Below are positions 11,825 through 22,154 of a stretch of DNA of 64,000 bases, piece by piece. The stretch comes from Clostridia bacterium. GTDB lineage: Bacteria; Bacillota; Clostridia; Lachnospirales; JAOARL01. A program made the translations under genes and the position numbers. Positions within the stretch are counted from its first letter, which is position 1, and every line of letters begins with the position of its first letter. The notes beneath the pieces were generated by a model. The model did not search any database. It was not told where the DNA came from and saw only the letters and a list, made by a program, of their open reading frames with translations. The stretch covers positions 338-64,337 of the forward strand of contig JAOARL010000019.1 in the NCBI GenBank assembly GCA_025210555.1. Reading direction: 5' to 3'.

Positions 11825-13523
11825 AAATAGAAGTATTGTAACAAAACTATTTTTTATAACAACAACTGTTTTAAGTATATTTATTTTCTTATCATTAGCT
11901 TTTCAAATAATATTCTATAATGATTTTTATGTAGTAGAAAAGAAGAAGATATTAAAAAGCAATATAGAAACATTTTTGGATGAGTATGAAGACGCAAGCG
12001 AAAATAAAAGAAGAGAATTAGTAAATGAATTCAATATAGATAATAATAGTCCTATAATTGTATTAGATGAACACATGAATCCTAAGTATTATGATTACAA
12101 TCTCGATAATTTCATAGTTGTAGAATCAGGTGATGAAAAATATAGAGTATTAACTGATGCTATGAACTTTGATTATAAAGAAGGGGATGAAATAGCACTT
12201 AAAGGGTATCTACTTGAAGATGATATTATTGAACCTTATGTATTAGGTGAAAGTAATTTTATTGATCCAATAAACATAGAGGAAGCAGATAATGAGCTTG
12301 TAGATACTAGAGCAACAGTAATATATTCAAATATAGCTAATTCCATTGTAGATATTGATATGTCAAATAACATAATGTATTCAAATGAGACAGATATATT
12401 ATTAGACAATATTAAGTTTAATCAAAGTGGAGAAGAACTTTTAGAAGATGTTATAGATTATGATGGTAAAAGTTATTATGTTATAGGTAGAGAGTTTGAA
12501 GAAAATGGCAAGAAAATGTATATATATACAATGTCAGGATATCAAGTAGTTGATGAGATGCAAAGCATTATTACTAGTTATTATTATTATATTTTTGCAA
12601 TGTTACTCGTAGCTATAATAGTACTTTCATATATATATTCAAGAATAATAGCAAGACCTTTAATTAGACTTAAAAACATATCAGAAAAAATGGCAAAACT
12701 TGAGTTTGATGAAGTTGCTATAATAGAGAGCAATGATGAAATAGGAGACTTATCAAGAAACCTAAATATGCTTTCAACGAAGCTTGGAATGACTCTTAAA
12801 AATCTAGAAGGGGCAAATGAAAAGCTAAAGAGTGATATAGCTATTGAGAAAGAAAGGGAAGAACTTAGAAAAGACTTTGTTTCAACACTTTCTCATGAGC
12901 TTAAGACACCTCTAGGTATTATAAGAAGTTATTCAGAGGCTCTAAAGGAAAATATAAAAGAAGAGAAGAAAGATAAGTATGTAGATATAATAAATGAAGA
13001 AGTTATAAACATGAATAAGATGATAGAGGAAATGATAGAAACTAACAATATAGAAACAAAGATTGAAGTTAAACCAAAGGCAATAAACTTTAAAGAAATG
13101 TTTGATAGTGTTTTTGACAGATTTAATCAAACAATGGTTGATTCTAATCTTAAAGTAGATATAGATATTAAAGAATATAGTGTTTTAGTGAATAGATATT
13201 ATATAGAGAAGGTACTCAATAACTTTATAAGTAATGCAATAAGATACACTAAGGAAAATGGTAAAATTAAAATAAGTAATAAAAAGATGAATGATAAGAT
13301 TTATTTCTATATAGAAAATGAATCAGAATCAATAGAAACAGAGAAACTTAATAAGATTTGGGATAAGTTTTATAGAATTGATAAATCAAGAAGTAGAGAA
13401 CTTGGTGGAAGTGGTTTAGGCCTTTATATAGTAAGCAAAATACTTGAAAGACATAATAGTGATTATGGTGTTTATAATACAGGACTTGGAATTGAATTTT
13501 ATTTTAGTTTAGATGAGGCGTAA
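11817..13523 (+). CDS. sensor histidine kinase (two TM segments, HAMP, HisKA, HATPase_c)
   Basis: H-box FVSTLSHELKTPL, N-box NFISNAIRYT, G-box GGSGLGLYIV. The ATG overlaps the response-regulator stop (ATGATTAA). Confidence 0.9.
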   Translation: MIKNRSIVTKLFFITTTVLSIFIFLSLAFQIIFYNDFYVVEKKKILKSNIETFLDEYEDASENKRRELVNEFNIDNNSPIIVLDEHMNPKYYDYNLDNFIVVESGDEKYRVLTDAMNFDYKEGDEIALKGYLLEDDIIEPYVLGESNFIDPINIEEADNELVDTRATVIYSNIANSIVDIDMSNNIMYSNETDILLDNIKFNQSGEELLEDVIDYDGKSYYVIGREFEENGKKMYIYTMSGYQVVDEMQSIITSYYYYIFAMLLVAIIVLSYIYSRIIARPLIRLKNISEKMAKLEFDEVAIIESNDEIGDLSRNLNMLSTKLGMTLKNLEGANEKLKSDIAIEKEREELRKDFVSTLSHELKTPLGIIRSYSEALKENIKEEKKDKYVDIINEEVINMNKMIEEMIETNNIETKIEVKPKAINFKEMFDSVFDRFNQTMVDSNLKVDIDIKEYSVLVNRYYIEKVLNNFISNAIRYTKENGKIKISNKKMNDKIYFYIENESESIETEKLNKIWDKFYRIDKSRSRELGGSGLGLYIVSKILERHNSDYGVYNTGLGIEFYFSLDEA

Positions 13524-13553
13524 GTCTCATCTTTTTTTGGCAATGTGTAAATG

Positions 13554-13650
13554 ATCAAAAAACTGAAAGTAAAAAGATTGACAAGGTATAAGTGGTCAAA
13601 AAGTTGAAAATAAAAAGTTTGACAAGGTATAAGTGGACAAAAAAATCTAA
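13554..13650. repeat. about 41-bp tandem direct repeat, about 2.5 copies
   Basis: The unit ..caaaaa.tgaaa.taaaaag(a/t)ttgacaaggtataagtg occurs at 13554-13595 and 13596-13636, with a partial third copy. It lies between the HK terminator and the next gene. Confidence 0.8.
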
Positions 13651-13694
13651 AAGTGTTAAAATTAATTATAAGATTAGATGAGCGGGGGAAAATT

Positions 13695-14900
13695 ATGATT
13701 AAAAGAGAACTATATTTATCAAAATTACGAAGTTTTTACGATAGTGAACTTATTAAAGTTTTAGTTGGTATAAGGAGATCGGGTAAGTCTGTTATACTAA
13801 AACAAATAATTGATGAATTAAAAGAAAAAGGGATAAAAGAAGAAGAGATAATATATTTGAATTTTGAAAACTTAGATTTTGCATTTATAAAAAATGAAAT
13901 GGATCTTTTTAAATATGTTAAAGACCTTATTGTAAGCGAAAAAAAATATTATTTGTTCTTTGATGAAATACAAAACGTTGAAAATTTTGAGAAAGCAATA
14001 AATTCTTTTAGGTCAAATATGAATGTAAGTATTTTTATTACAGGATCCAATGGCAAGTTGCTTTCTGGAGAATTAGCTACTCATTTATCAGGTAGATATG
14101 TGGAGTTTAAGGTTTTGCCATTTACATATTTTGAAATGTGTGAGCTATTAAAAACAAAAGGTGAAGAGATTACAGAAGACACATTTTATAATTATTTGAA
14201 GTTTGGAGGTATGCCTCAAAGATTTTCTTTTAATAATGAAGACGAGATTAACATTTATTTAAATGATTTATATAACTCAATTATTCTTAGAGATGTTGTT
14301 CAAAGATCAAAGATAAAAGATATAAATTTACTTAATAATATAATTCAGTATTTACTTGAAAATATTGGGCAAATTTTTTCAGGAAGATCAGTAATAGGAT
14401 ATTTAAAACAAGATGGAAGAAAAGTTGCAGCAGAAACATTGTATAATTATCTTGATTATATTAATTCAGCGCTTTTAATGAGCAAAGTGCATAGGTATGA
14501 TATAAGAGGAAAAAAAGTTTTATCCACTCTTGAAAAATACTATGTAGCAGATTTGGGGATAAGAAATATAAAAAAGTCAGATATAGAATTTAAATTAGGA
14601 GGCTCTTTAGAAAATATAGTATATAATGAATTAATTGTTAGAGGTTACAAGGTTAATATTGGTAAAATAGATGATGGAGAAGTTGATTTTATTGCTATAA
14701 AAGGAAATGATAAGGTTTATGTACAAGTAGCATATATATTATCAAGTGAATCTGTCATTAGTAGAGAGTTTGGAGCATATGATAATATAAACGATAATTA
14801 CAAGAAGTATGTGTTGTCAATGGACAAAGTAGATATGAGTAGAAATGGGATAAGGCATATAAATATACTAGATTTTTTATTAAGAAAAAAAGATATATAA
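13695..14900 (+). CDS. AAA+ ATPase, DUF4143-type (ATP-binding protein)
   Basis: Walker A GIRRSGKS and Walker B-like YLFFDEIQ. The overall layout matches the AAA_14/DUF4143 family. Confidence 0.8.
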   Translation: MIKRELYLSKLRSFYDSELIKVLVGIRRSGKSVILKQIIDELKEKGIKEEEIIYLNFENLDFAFIKNEMDLFKYVKDLIVSEKKYYLFFDEIQNVENFEKAINSFRSNMNVSIFITGSNGKLLSGELATHLSGRYVEFKVLPFTYFEMCELLKTKGEEITEDTFYNYLKFGGMPQRFSFNNEDEINIYLNDLYNSIILRDVVQRSKIKDINLLNNIIQYLLENIGQIFSGRSVIGYLKQDGRKVAAETLYNYLDYINSALLMSKVHRYDIRGKKVLSTLEKYYVADLGIRNIKKSDIEFKLGGSLENIVYNELIVRGYKVNIGKIDDGEVDFIAIKGNDKVYVQVAYILSSESVISREFGAYDNINDNYKKYVLSMDKVDMSRNGIRHINILDFLLRKKDI

Positions 14901-14934
14901 ATAAAGCAAAAGACAAAGAATTTTCTTTGTCTTT

Positions 14935-15597
14935 TTATTGTTCATTTGCATTTATAAAATTAATGTTGCTTGAGTTAGTAGGAATATTATTATTAACAAA
15001 GAATCTATTAAGTGATGAATCCATTAAATCTTTTCTACTTCCAAAATAATCCATAAGGTGAACTATTTTTTCAAGATAATGCTTTGGCTCTTCTAATATT
15101 TTATTTCCATTTCTATCATTAACCCAGGGACCAGTATGTCTCTCAACACATTTAACTATAGTACTTTTAATATTAGAATCTAATAGATTTTTAAGCGAAG
15201 AAGAATTTTTTAATATTTCTCCTGCTAAAATAGGGTGATCTTTTCTAGACTTACTTCCAGCTTCAATAGTATCATTAGTACCATATTTACAAATATCATG
15301 AATTAAAATAGATGAAATACAAATATCTTCTTCAAGTTTTGTTAGCGCTGGCTTGTTAGCCAGTTCGTTTATTAACAAAGGGTTATCAAATATTTCTTTG
15401 CCGGCATTAACACATAACTTAGTATGCATAATTAGTCCATATTTACCATTATTGCAATAGGGATGGTATTTTCCACTAACGCTAGAAGGAACATCAAAAA
15501 AGTACTTAGGAGCAATTTTTAATGCTTCTAATGTAAAATTTTTAATACTTTCATTTTCAATTAAATTTAGTTCATCATTAAAGATAGTATAATCCAT
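14935..15597 (-). CDS. HD-domain phosphohydrolase
   Basis: An H...HD pattern (KYHPY..., ILIHDICKYG), followed by RHTGPW. Confidence 0.7.
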   Translation of the reverse strand: MDYTIFNDELNLIENESIKNFTLEALKIAPKYFFDVPSSVSGKYHPYCNNGKYGLIMHTKLCVNAGKEIFDNPLLINELANKPALTKLEEDICISSILIHDICKYGTNDTIEAGSKSRKDHPILAGEILKNSSSLKNLLDSNIKSTIVKCVERHTGPWVNDRNGNKILEEPKHYLEKIVHLMDYFGSRKDLMDSSLNRFFVNNNIPTNSSNINFINANEQ

Positions 15598-15704
15598 AAA
15601 ATCACCTGTATATTTTTTTATTTAATTATATATTTTAATTGTTGATAAGTAAATGTGTAAGAACTATAATATATATGTAAGTAAATAGTTAGGGAGATGA
15701 GAAA

Positions 15705-16340
15705 TTGGAAAATGAATTAATATTGTTGGTTTTAGGAGCCATTGGAATAAAAGTGCTAGAGGTAATAGCTAACTATATAAATCAAAATACTGAAATTAAA
15801 AAAACTATAATAGAGGAAAGAATAAGGGCATATAAAGAAATTGCAAAGGTATGCTCAGATATGAGGTTTTTTTCTGAATCTGTATTGGGGAATAAAACTT
15901 ATAGTCATCCTGAGGTGATGATTAGTGAAAAAAGATATTATGAATGGATATGTAAAGTAAAAGAATGTATAAGAGATAATGAAGTGTTTCTTGATAAAGA
16001 TATTGCAATAGAGATAAATATATTTAATGAATATATTATTGATTTATGGAATGTTATTGGTGGGAGAAGTGATGAAGAAATAATACAAATAGGATCATTA
16101 GTAGAATCAGATTTTAGCGAAATTTATTCAGTTATAGATAAACATTTATGTGACTTTTTTAATAGGAAGATACATATTAAAAAAATCACTTATAAAAATA
16201 CAGAAAAAGTTAATAAAGAAGTTGAAATAAGTCGACAGGAAAAAAGAGAAAAACTAAAATTATATAAGTTCATCGATGAAGGTAAATTTGATAAAAAGCC
16301 AACATTAACGAAAAAACTATTAAGTAAAATATTTAAATAA
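15705..16340 (+). CDS. hypothetical protein (N-terminal hydrophobic helix)
   Basis: A 211-codon ORF with a TTG start after GGGAGATGAG. No recognisable motif. Confidence 0.55.
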   Translation: MENELILLVLGAIGIKVLEVIANYINQNTEIKKTIIEERIRAYKEIAKVCSDMRFFSESVLGNKTYSHPEVMISEKRYYEWICKVKECIRDNEVFLDKDIAIEINIFNEYIIDLWNVIGGRSDEEIIQIGSLVESDFSEIYSVIDKHLCDFFNRKIHIKKITYKNTEKVNKEVEISRQEKREKLKLYKFIDEGKFDKKPTLTKKLLSKIFK

Positions 16341-16432
16341 TATTAATAACTTAAAGTCTTGTAGACATTGACACATTGAATAATATAGTGTATATTTTAA
16401 TAAGTCAGAAAAATATTTAGGAGGCAATTAAT

Positions 16433-16864
16433 ATGACAAGTACAATGGCAATAGCGTATATTGTTTTAGCGGTTATTACAACTATTCTTGTAATTACTCA
16501 ACCAGCTAAGGATGCTGGAATGGGAAGTACAATTTCAGGAAGTTCAGATGATTCGTACTTTGGTAAAAATAAGGGGAATACTGTAGAAGAAAAATTAAAG
16601 AGAGTTACAGGATTTTTTATAGTAGTATTTATACTTACAACAATCTTTATGACACAATACTTAAACACTGAAAAAGGATCTTACAAGAATCCAGAAGAAT
16701 CAGCAGTTAAAAACAGTGAAAATGTTGAAGATTTAGAGCCAGGAGAAGTATCAAACGAGCAAAAAGAAATAGTACCTAGTGCAGAAGACATCAAAGAAGA
16801 ACTTGAAAAAGTTAAAGCTGAAGAGTCAGAAGCAACTGAGGAAAAAGAAGAAGAAAATAATTAG
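16433..16864 (+). CDS. secG: preprotein translocase subunit SecG with an unusually long acidic C-terminal tail
   Basis: Two TM helices flank the conserved QPAKDAGMGSTISGSS loop. It sits directly upstream of rnr, as in other Firmicutes. About 65 extra E/K-rich residues follow. Confidence 0.85.
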   Translation: MTSTMAIAYIVLAVITTILVITQPAKDAGMGSTISGSSDDSYFGKNKGNTVEEKLKRVTGFFIVVFILTTIFMTQYLNTEKGSYKNPEESAVKNSENVEDLEPGEVSNEQKEIVPSAEDIKEELEKVKAEESEATEEKEEENN

Positions 16865-16869
16865 TTAAA

Positions 16870-16895
16870 ACAGGGTATGAGTACCCTGTTTTTTT
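16870..16895 (+). terminator. intrinsic terminator after secG
   Basis: Stem acagggta/taccctgt followed by T7. Confidence 0.7.
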
Positions 16896-16911
16896 ATGAT
16901 AGGAGGTAAAT

Positions 16912-19026
16912 ATGAATTTAGAAGAAAGAGTACTAGAAATAATTAACCATAAAGATTATAGTCCAATGAAGTTCAAAGAACTAAGTATAGTCTTAGGTGT
17001 TAAAGAACAAAAAGATAGAGATAAGCTTAGCCTTTGTATGGATAAGCTTATAACTAGAGGAAAAGTTATTAAAACTAAAAGAGGCAAATATGACAAAGTA
17101 AACACAGTTAATACTTTTGAAGGTAAATTTATAGGACATGCAAAAGGTTTCGGATTTGTTGTAGTAGAGGGAAGAGATGAAGATATATTTGTACCAAAAG
17201 AATATATAAATACTGCAATGAATGAAGATACGGTTATTGTTAAAATAACAAAAGAGGCATCAGGAGATAAGAGGTGCGAAGGTGAAATAACAAAGGTTCT
17301 TGAAAGAGCAATTAACCAGGTTGTTGGAACCTTTCAAGAAAGCGAAAGATTTGGATTTGTTATAGCAGACAGTAAAAAGATATCTCAAGATATATTTATA
17401 CCTAATAAGTTTAAAAAAGCTGCAATGACAGGGCACAAAGTAGTAGTTGAAATACTTAAGTGGCCAGAAGGAAATAAAAGCCCAGAAGGAAGAATAGTTG
17501 AAATACTTGGTCATAAGGATGATCCAGGTGTTGATATAATGTCAATAATAAGAGAGTATGATCTGCCAATAGAATTTCCCAATTATGTATTTGCAGAAAT
17601 AGAGGATTTGGATGATGAAGTAGCAGAAGGTGAAAAATACGGAAGAATGGATCTTAGAAATACTAAGATGGTAACTATAGATGGAGCAGATGCAAAAGAT
17701 TTAGATGATGCTGTATCACTTGAAATATTAGATAATGGTATGTATAAGCTGGGAGTACATATAGCAGATGTTACTCATTATGTTAAGGAGAAGACAGAAC
17801 TTGGAAAAGAAGCTCTTAGAAGAGCAACCAGTGTATATTTAGTAGATAGAGTAATACCTATGCTTCCAAGAAAACTTTCAAATGGTCTATGTTCACTTAA
17901 TGCCAACACAGATAGGTTAGCTTTAAGTTGTATTATGACTATTAATAGCAAAGGTGAAGTAATAGATCATGAAATAGCAGAAACATTAATACATGTAGAT
18001 GAAAGAATGACATATGTAGATGTAGACAAAATACTTAAAGGTGATGAAGCCTTAAGTGATAGATATAAAGATTTTGTAGATATGTTTAAAAAGATGAAAG
18101 AACTTAGTGATGTAATTAGAGCAAATCGTGGAGTCAGAGGAGCACTTGATTTTGATCTTCCAGAATCAAAAGTAATACTTGATGAAAATGGTAAGCCGAT
18201 AGAGATTAAAGCATATGATAGAAATGATGCAACAAAGATAATTGAAGACTTTATGCTTATTGCAAATGAAACAGTAGCAGAAGACTTCTTCTGGCAAGGA
18301 GTTCCATTTGTATATAGATCTCATGATGTTCCTGATAGTGAAAAGCTTGGTAACTTAAGAGCCTTTATAAAAAGTTTTGGATATACTATTAAAGGTGCAG
18401 AAGTTCATCCAAAGGAATTACAAAGAGTTCTAAAAGAAGCAGAAGGAAAAGAAGAAGAGTTAATTATAAGAAGACTTATGCTAAGAGCTATGAAGCAGGC
18501 TAAGTATACTGAAACTAATGATGAGCATTATGGACTTGCAGCAGAATACTATTGCCACTTCACATCTCCTATAAGAAGGTATCCAGATCTTCAAATACAT
18601 AGAATCATAAAAGATGTATTAAATGGAAGAATGAACAAAAAGAGAATGGAAGCATTAGCTGAAATTACTCCGAAAGTTGCAGATGAGTCTTCTAAAAAAG
18701 AAAGAAGAGCAGAAGAAGCAGAAAGAGATACAATAAAACTTAAAAAAGCTGAATATATGTTAGATAAGATTGGAAATGTGTATGAAGGAACAATATCAGG
18801 TCTTACTAACTGGGGAATGTATGTAGAGCTTGAAAACACAGTTGAAGGTCTTGTTAGAGTAACAGAGATGACAGATGACTTTTATGTGTATAATGAGGAT
18901 AGTCATACATACATAGGAGAAAGAACAAAAAATGTATATAAATTAGGTCAAAAGATAAAAGTAAAGGTACTAAGAGTAAACTTACTTGAAAAGACAATAG
19001 ACTTTGATTTAGAGGAAGACGAATAG
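16912..19026 (+). CDS. rnr: ribonuclease R
   Basis: RNB catalytic block (DGADAKDLDDAVS, VYLVDRVIPMLP, FTSPIRRYPDL), N-terminal cold-shock-like domain (GHAKGFGFV) and C-terminal S1 domain. Confidence 0.96.
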   Translation: MNLEERVLEIINHKDYSPMKFKELSIVLGVKEQKDRDKLSLCMDKLITRGKVIKTKRGKYDKVNTVNTFEGKFIGHAKGFGFVVVEGRDEDIFVPKEYINTAMNEDTVIVKITKEASGDKRCEGEITKVLERAINQVVGTFQESERFGFVIADSKKISQDIFIPNKFKKAAMTGHKVVVEILKWPEGNKSPEGRIVEILGHKDDPGVDIMSIIREYDLPIEFPNYVFAEIEDLDDEVAEGEKYGRMDLRNTKMVTIDGADAKDLDDAVSLEILDNGMYKLGVHIADVTHYVKEKTELGKEALRRATSVYLVDRVIPMLPRKLSNGLCSLNANTDRLALSCIMTINSKGEVIDHEIAETLIHVDERMTYVDVDKILKGDEALSDRYKDFVDMFKKMKELSDVIRANRGVRGALDFDLPESKVILDENGKPIEIKAYDRNDATKIIEDFMLIANETVAEDFFWQGVPFVYRSHDVPDSEKLGNLRAFIKSFGYTIKGAEVHPKELQRVLKEAEGKEEELIIRRLMLRAMKQAKYTETNDEHYGLAAEYYCHFTSPIRRYPDLQIHRIIKDVLNGRMNKKRMEALAEITPKVADESSKKERRAEEAERDTIKLKKAEYMLDKIGNVYEGTISGLTNWGMYVELENTVEGLVRVTEMTDDFYVYNEDSHTYIGERTKNVYKLGQKIKVKVLRVNLLEKTIDFDLEEDE

Positions 19027-19090
19027 TTTGACAATTCAGAAAATAAGAGTTATAATTTTTATAACTTTTATTTTTTTTGGTGGAGGTGAA

Positions 19091-20290
19091 ATGTTAATGA
19101 ACATAATATGTAATCCTATAATAGAAGAAATTAATCCAAGATTGTATAAATCAATATCTGGGAATGAAAGTTTTGTAGAAGAAAAAGTGAATAAAATTGA
19201 CAGCATAAAGAGAAGATATATCCCCTTTAGATTTACTAACAAGTTATTTAAAATGGGGACTTTTTATATTGGAAATAAAAGTGCGAAAGAGAAGAGAATA
19301 GCTCAGCTTGAAAAAGAAATAAGAAGTAAGCTTAAAGCAAATATAAGATTTACTAAAGATGATGATAAAGTATTGCTTGAGAGCTATGAGATGTTAACAA
19401 AGGACGGAATTAAGCTTAAGTACGAGATAGATAAAGAAACTTATGGTGCAGAGATTAAAGTGTATAGAAACGACGAAAAGACAAGTGAATGGAATGAGCT
19501 AAACAAGGTTGAAGTTGATAAAGATGGAGAAGACTTGGAGAAAGAAATTGAGCTTATTAGTAATCCAGCATTAGAAACTATATCACCTAAAATAGTAGAA
19601 ATGGCTAAAGAAAATAAAGATTATATAGCAGAAGTTATGAAAGAAGTAAATGAGATCAAAGATAAGCATATAGAATTTAGGTATATTAAAGAACTTAAAA
19701 CATTTGGAAAATATTATGTAGGTAGTAACGAAGCATATGATAATAAGATAAATGAGTTAGAAGGTTTAATTAAAAATCTCTTTAAAGCAGATGTAGAATT
19801 CTCATTAGATGGAGAAGAGCTAATTTTAGACAGAGTAAGAACGCTTATGCCTAGAGATTATAAACCAGAAGAAACTACTATAGAAGGAATTCCAGAAGAA
19901 GTGGAAGAAAAAAGCTATGTACAAATGAAAATAGATGAATACAAAGAAAAATTTAGTAGAAAAGTAAATGATATAAAAAATGCTATTGGCATTAAAAGTA
20001 AGTTAAGAAAAAGAGCAGTAAGAGATGATAGAAGGTTTGAATATATATATTCACATCAAACAGGAGTTGCAACAACAAATGTGTGTAAAATGGATGAATA
20101 TGGAGATTGGATAGCTGAAAAGGAACTTGCTAGATATGATGATGAGGGAAAACTTTTTAATAGCACAAATCTGTTAGATTATGTTGTAGAAGAAGCAGAA
20201 GAAAAAGAAGAAAAAGAAGAGGGTTTAATAGTAGAAGCTGATTCATTAGAATTAAATAAAAATGGAGTTATAGAAACTGAGGTAGCTTAA
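19091..20290 (+). CDS. hypothetical acidic protein with an internal duplication
   Basis: ATG preceded by GGAGGTG. The module IPFRFTNKLFKMGTFYIGNKSAKEKRIAQLEKEI is repeated as IEFRYIKELKTFGKYYVGSNEAYDNKINELEGLI. Confidence 0.7.
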   Translation: MLMNIICNPIIEEINPRLYKSISGNESFVEEKVNKIDSIKRRYIPFRFTNKLFKMGTFYIGNKSAKEKRIAQLEKEIRSKLKANIRFTKDDDKVLLESYEMLTKDGIKLKYEIDKETYGAEIKVYRNDEKTSEWNELNKVEVDKDGEDLEKEIELISNPALETISPKIVEMAKENKDYIAEVMKEVNEIKDKHIEFRYIKELKTFGKYYVGSNEAYDNKINELEGLIKNLFKADVEFSLDGEELILDRVRTLMPRDYKPEETTIEGIPEEVEEKSYVQMKIDEYKEKFSRKVNDIKNAIGIKSKLRKRAVRDDRRFEYIYSHQTGVATTNVCKMDEYGDWIAEKELARYDDEGKLFNSTNLLDYVVEEAEEKEEKEEGLIVEADSLELNKNGVIETEVA

Positions 20291-20311
20291 TAAAAAGAGA
20301 GGACGATTATA

Positions 20312-21223
20312 ATGAGTAAAAGAATGAAACACACTGTATATGAAACAAAAATGACTTATATGAAAGATGGAAAGCTAGTAACTGAAAATGGAGAGCTTAA
20401 AGTTACAAATCCACTACTTAACTTTACTAAAAAATTTAAAACGTTATCAAGTAAAGGAATGGACATAGTATCTTTCGCTGTAATAGCTAAAGATAGAGTT
20501 GAAAGTCAGGTGAAAAGCGTTGAATATAAAAATCAAAAGGGAGAGAATTCTATTGTTTATGATACGACTCGCTGCGAAATAATTACAGTAAATATGACGG
20601 ATGATTTTTTAGATATAGAAAAGAGAACTGATATATTGGATGAAACTGCTAATAATTATTCTGATATTCTAGCAAGTCTTAGAAATCCATACAACTATAG
20701 TATTGTAGGATGTGAAGATAATATCAATATTTCACCTTATGGGTATGAAATTACAGGAACTAGAATCAATACAAAAAGAGCCAAATCAAAAGATTATATA
20801 GAGTATGATACTGAATATGTAGGCGGAGAAGATACTATTGAAGCTATAAAGGAGTTTGCCGAAAAAAATAAAGTTTTTGATATTTTTTCAAGTGACTTTT
20901 ATAAAACAATTGAAATGAAAAATCAAGCAACTAGCGAAAAAGATATGGCGATATATAAATATCAAGCAGATGTTGGACCAAAATTAATAATTAAACCTGA
21001 TGATAATGAAAAGAAAATAATAGTAAAATTTAAGCCAGAAGATCATATGAGCAAGACAATAAGACAATCTAAAAATGAAGAAGATTTTAAGTATAATATT
21101 TTATTAGATCCTGATGTTATTATTGAAGGTGACTTGGGGTTAGGGTATGTTGTGGAAGAAGATTCTAATGAAACTAAGGAAACAATAAAGTTTAGTGAGG
21201 ATGAACCCAAAATAGAAAAGTAG
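20312..21223 (+). CDS. hypothetical protein
   Basis: A 303-codon ORF with RBS AGAGAGGA and a terminator at 21222-21243. Confidence 0.7.
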   Translation: MSKRMKHTVYETKMTYMKDGKLVTENGELKVTNPLLNFTKKFKTLSSKGMDIVSFAVIAKDRVESQVKSVEYKNQKGENSIVYDTTRCEIITVNMTDDFLDIEKRTDILDETANNYSDILASLRNPYNYSIVGCEDNINISPYGYEITGTRINTKRAKSKDYIEYDTEYVGGEDTIEAIKEFAEKNKVFDIFSSDFYKTIEMKNQATSEKDMAIYKYQADVGPKLIIKPDDNEKKIIVKFKPEDHMSKTIRQSKNEEDFKYNILLDPDVIIEGDLGLGYVVEEDSNETKETIKFSEDEPKIEK

Positions 21224-21347
21224 TGCATAAGCACTATTTTTTGTTTTTAGAAAAATATGTTAATTAATTAGGGTGTATTTTTATATTATAATAAGTTTTT
21301 TTTATGTTATAATAAGATGATTAAAAATCATCTTATAAGGAGTATAT

Positions 21348-22154
21348 ATGTATAAATTAGTTGCTAGTGATTTAGATGGAACACTATTAAATAAAAATAA
21401 AGAGTTAAGTGAAGCTACTAGGAAATTTTTAGAGGAAAACAATAAATTTCTTATAGTTCCAACTACTGGGAAAATATTAAGCAGAACAAAAGAATTATTT
21501 AAGGATGTAAAAGGATTAGAATATATAATAGCGGTAAATGGATCAATCATTTATGATGTAAAAAATGATGAAATTATACATGATATGCCTATGGAGAAAG
21601 ATGTATGTTTAAAACTTTTGAAAATGACAAAAGAAAATACTAAAAGAATAACTATATGTACTAAAAATAAGTGGATAAGAAGTATGGAAAAAGACATAAA
21701 AGGTCAACCACATTTATTTTATGTTGATGATATAGAAAAACATATAGAGGTACTAGATGAAAATATATATAGATTAAATATTCACCTTAAGGGTAAGGAT
21801 GAAAAGCTTTACAAAACATATAAAAAAGAAGCTGAAGATTTAGGTTGTCATGCTTATATAACAAGAAAATCAGATGACACACCTAAAAAGCTAGTTGTAA
21901 TAAGAAAAGATGTAAGTAAAAAAAGAGCTCTTAGCAAAGTATTAGAGCTTGAAGGTATAAAGTGGGAAGAAGTAATAGCATTTGGTGATAACCAAAATGA
22001 CAAAGGAATGCTAATGCAGGTAGGTAGATCTGTAGCAATGAAGAATGCACCAAGCAAAATAAGAGATATTGTAGATTTTGTAACAGAAGATACAAATGAT
22101 GAAGATGGTGTAGTTAAATATTTAAATAGTGTATTGGAGGAAAAGTATGTATAA
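21348..22154 (+). CDS. Cof-type HAD-IIB phosphatase, tandem copy 1
   Basis: Motif I SDLDGTLL, motif IV FGDNQNDKGML, C-terminal NDEDGV. Confidence 0.9.
   Translation: MYKLVASDLDGTLLNKNKELSEATRKFLEENNKFLIVPTTGKILSRTKELFKDVKGLEYIIAVNGSIIYDVKNDEIIHDMPMEKDVCLKLLKMTKENTKRITICTKNKWIRSMEKDIKGQPHLFYVDDIEKHIEVLDENIYRLNIHLKGKDEKLYKTYKKEAEDLGCHAYITRKSDDTPKKLVVIRKDVSKKRALSKVLELEGIKWEEVIAFGDNQNDKGMLMQVGRSVAMKNAPSKIRDIVDFVTEDTNDEDGVVKYLNSVLEEKYV

Noticed and set aside
13554-13650. Tandem repeats considered as a possible CRISPR array.
   Set aside because: There are only about 2.5 directly abutting copies with no spacers and no cas genes. I saw no CRISPR array anywhere in the window.
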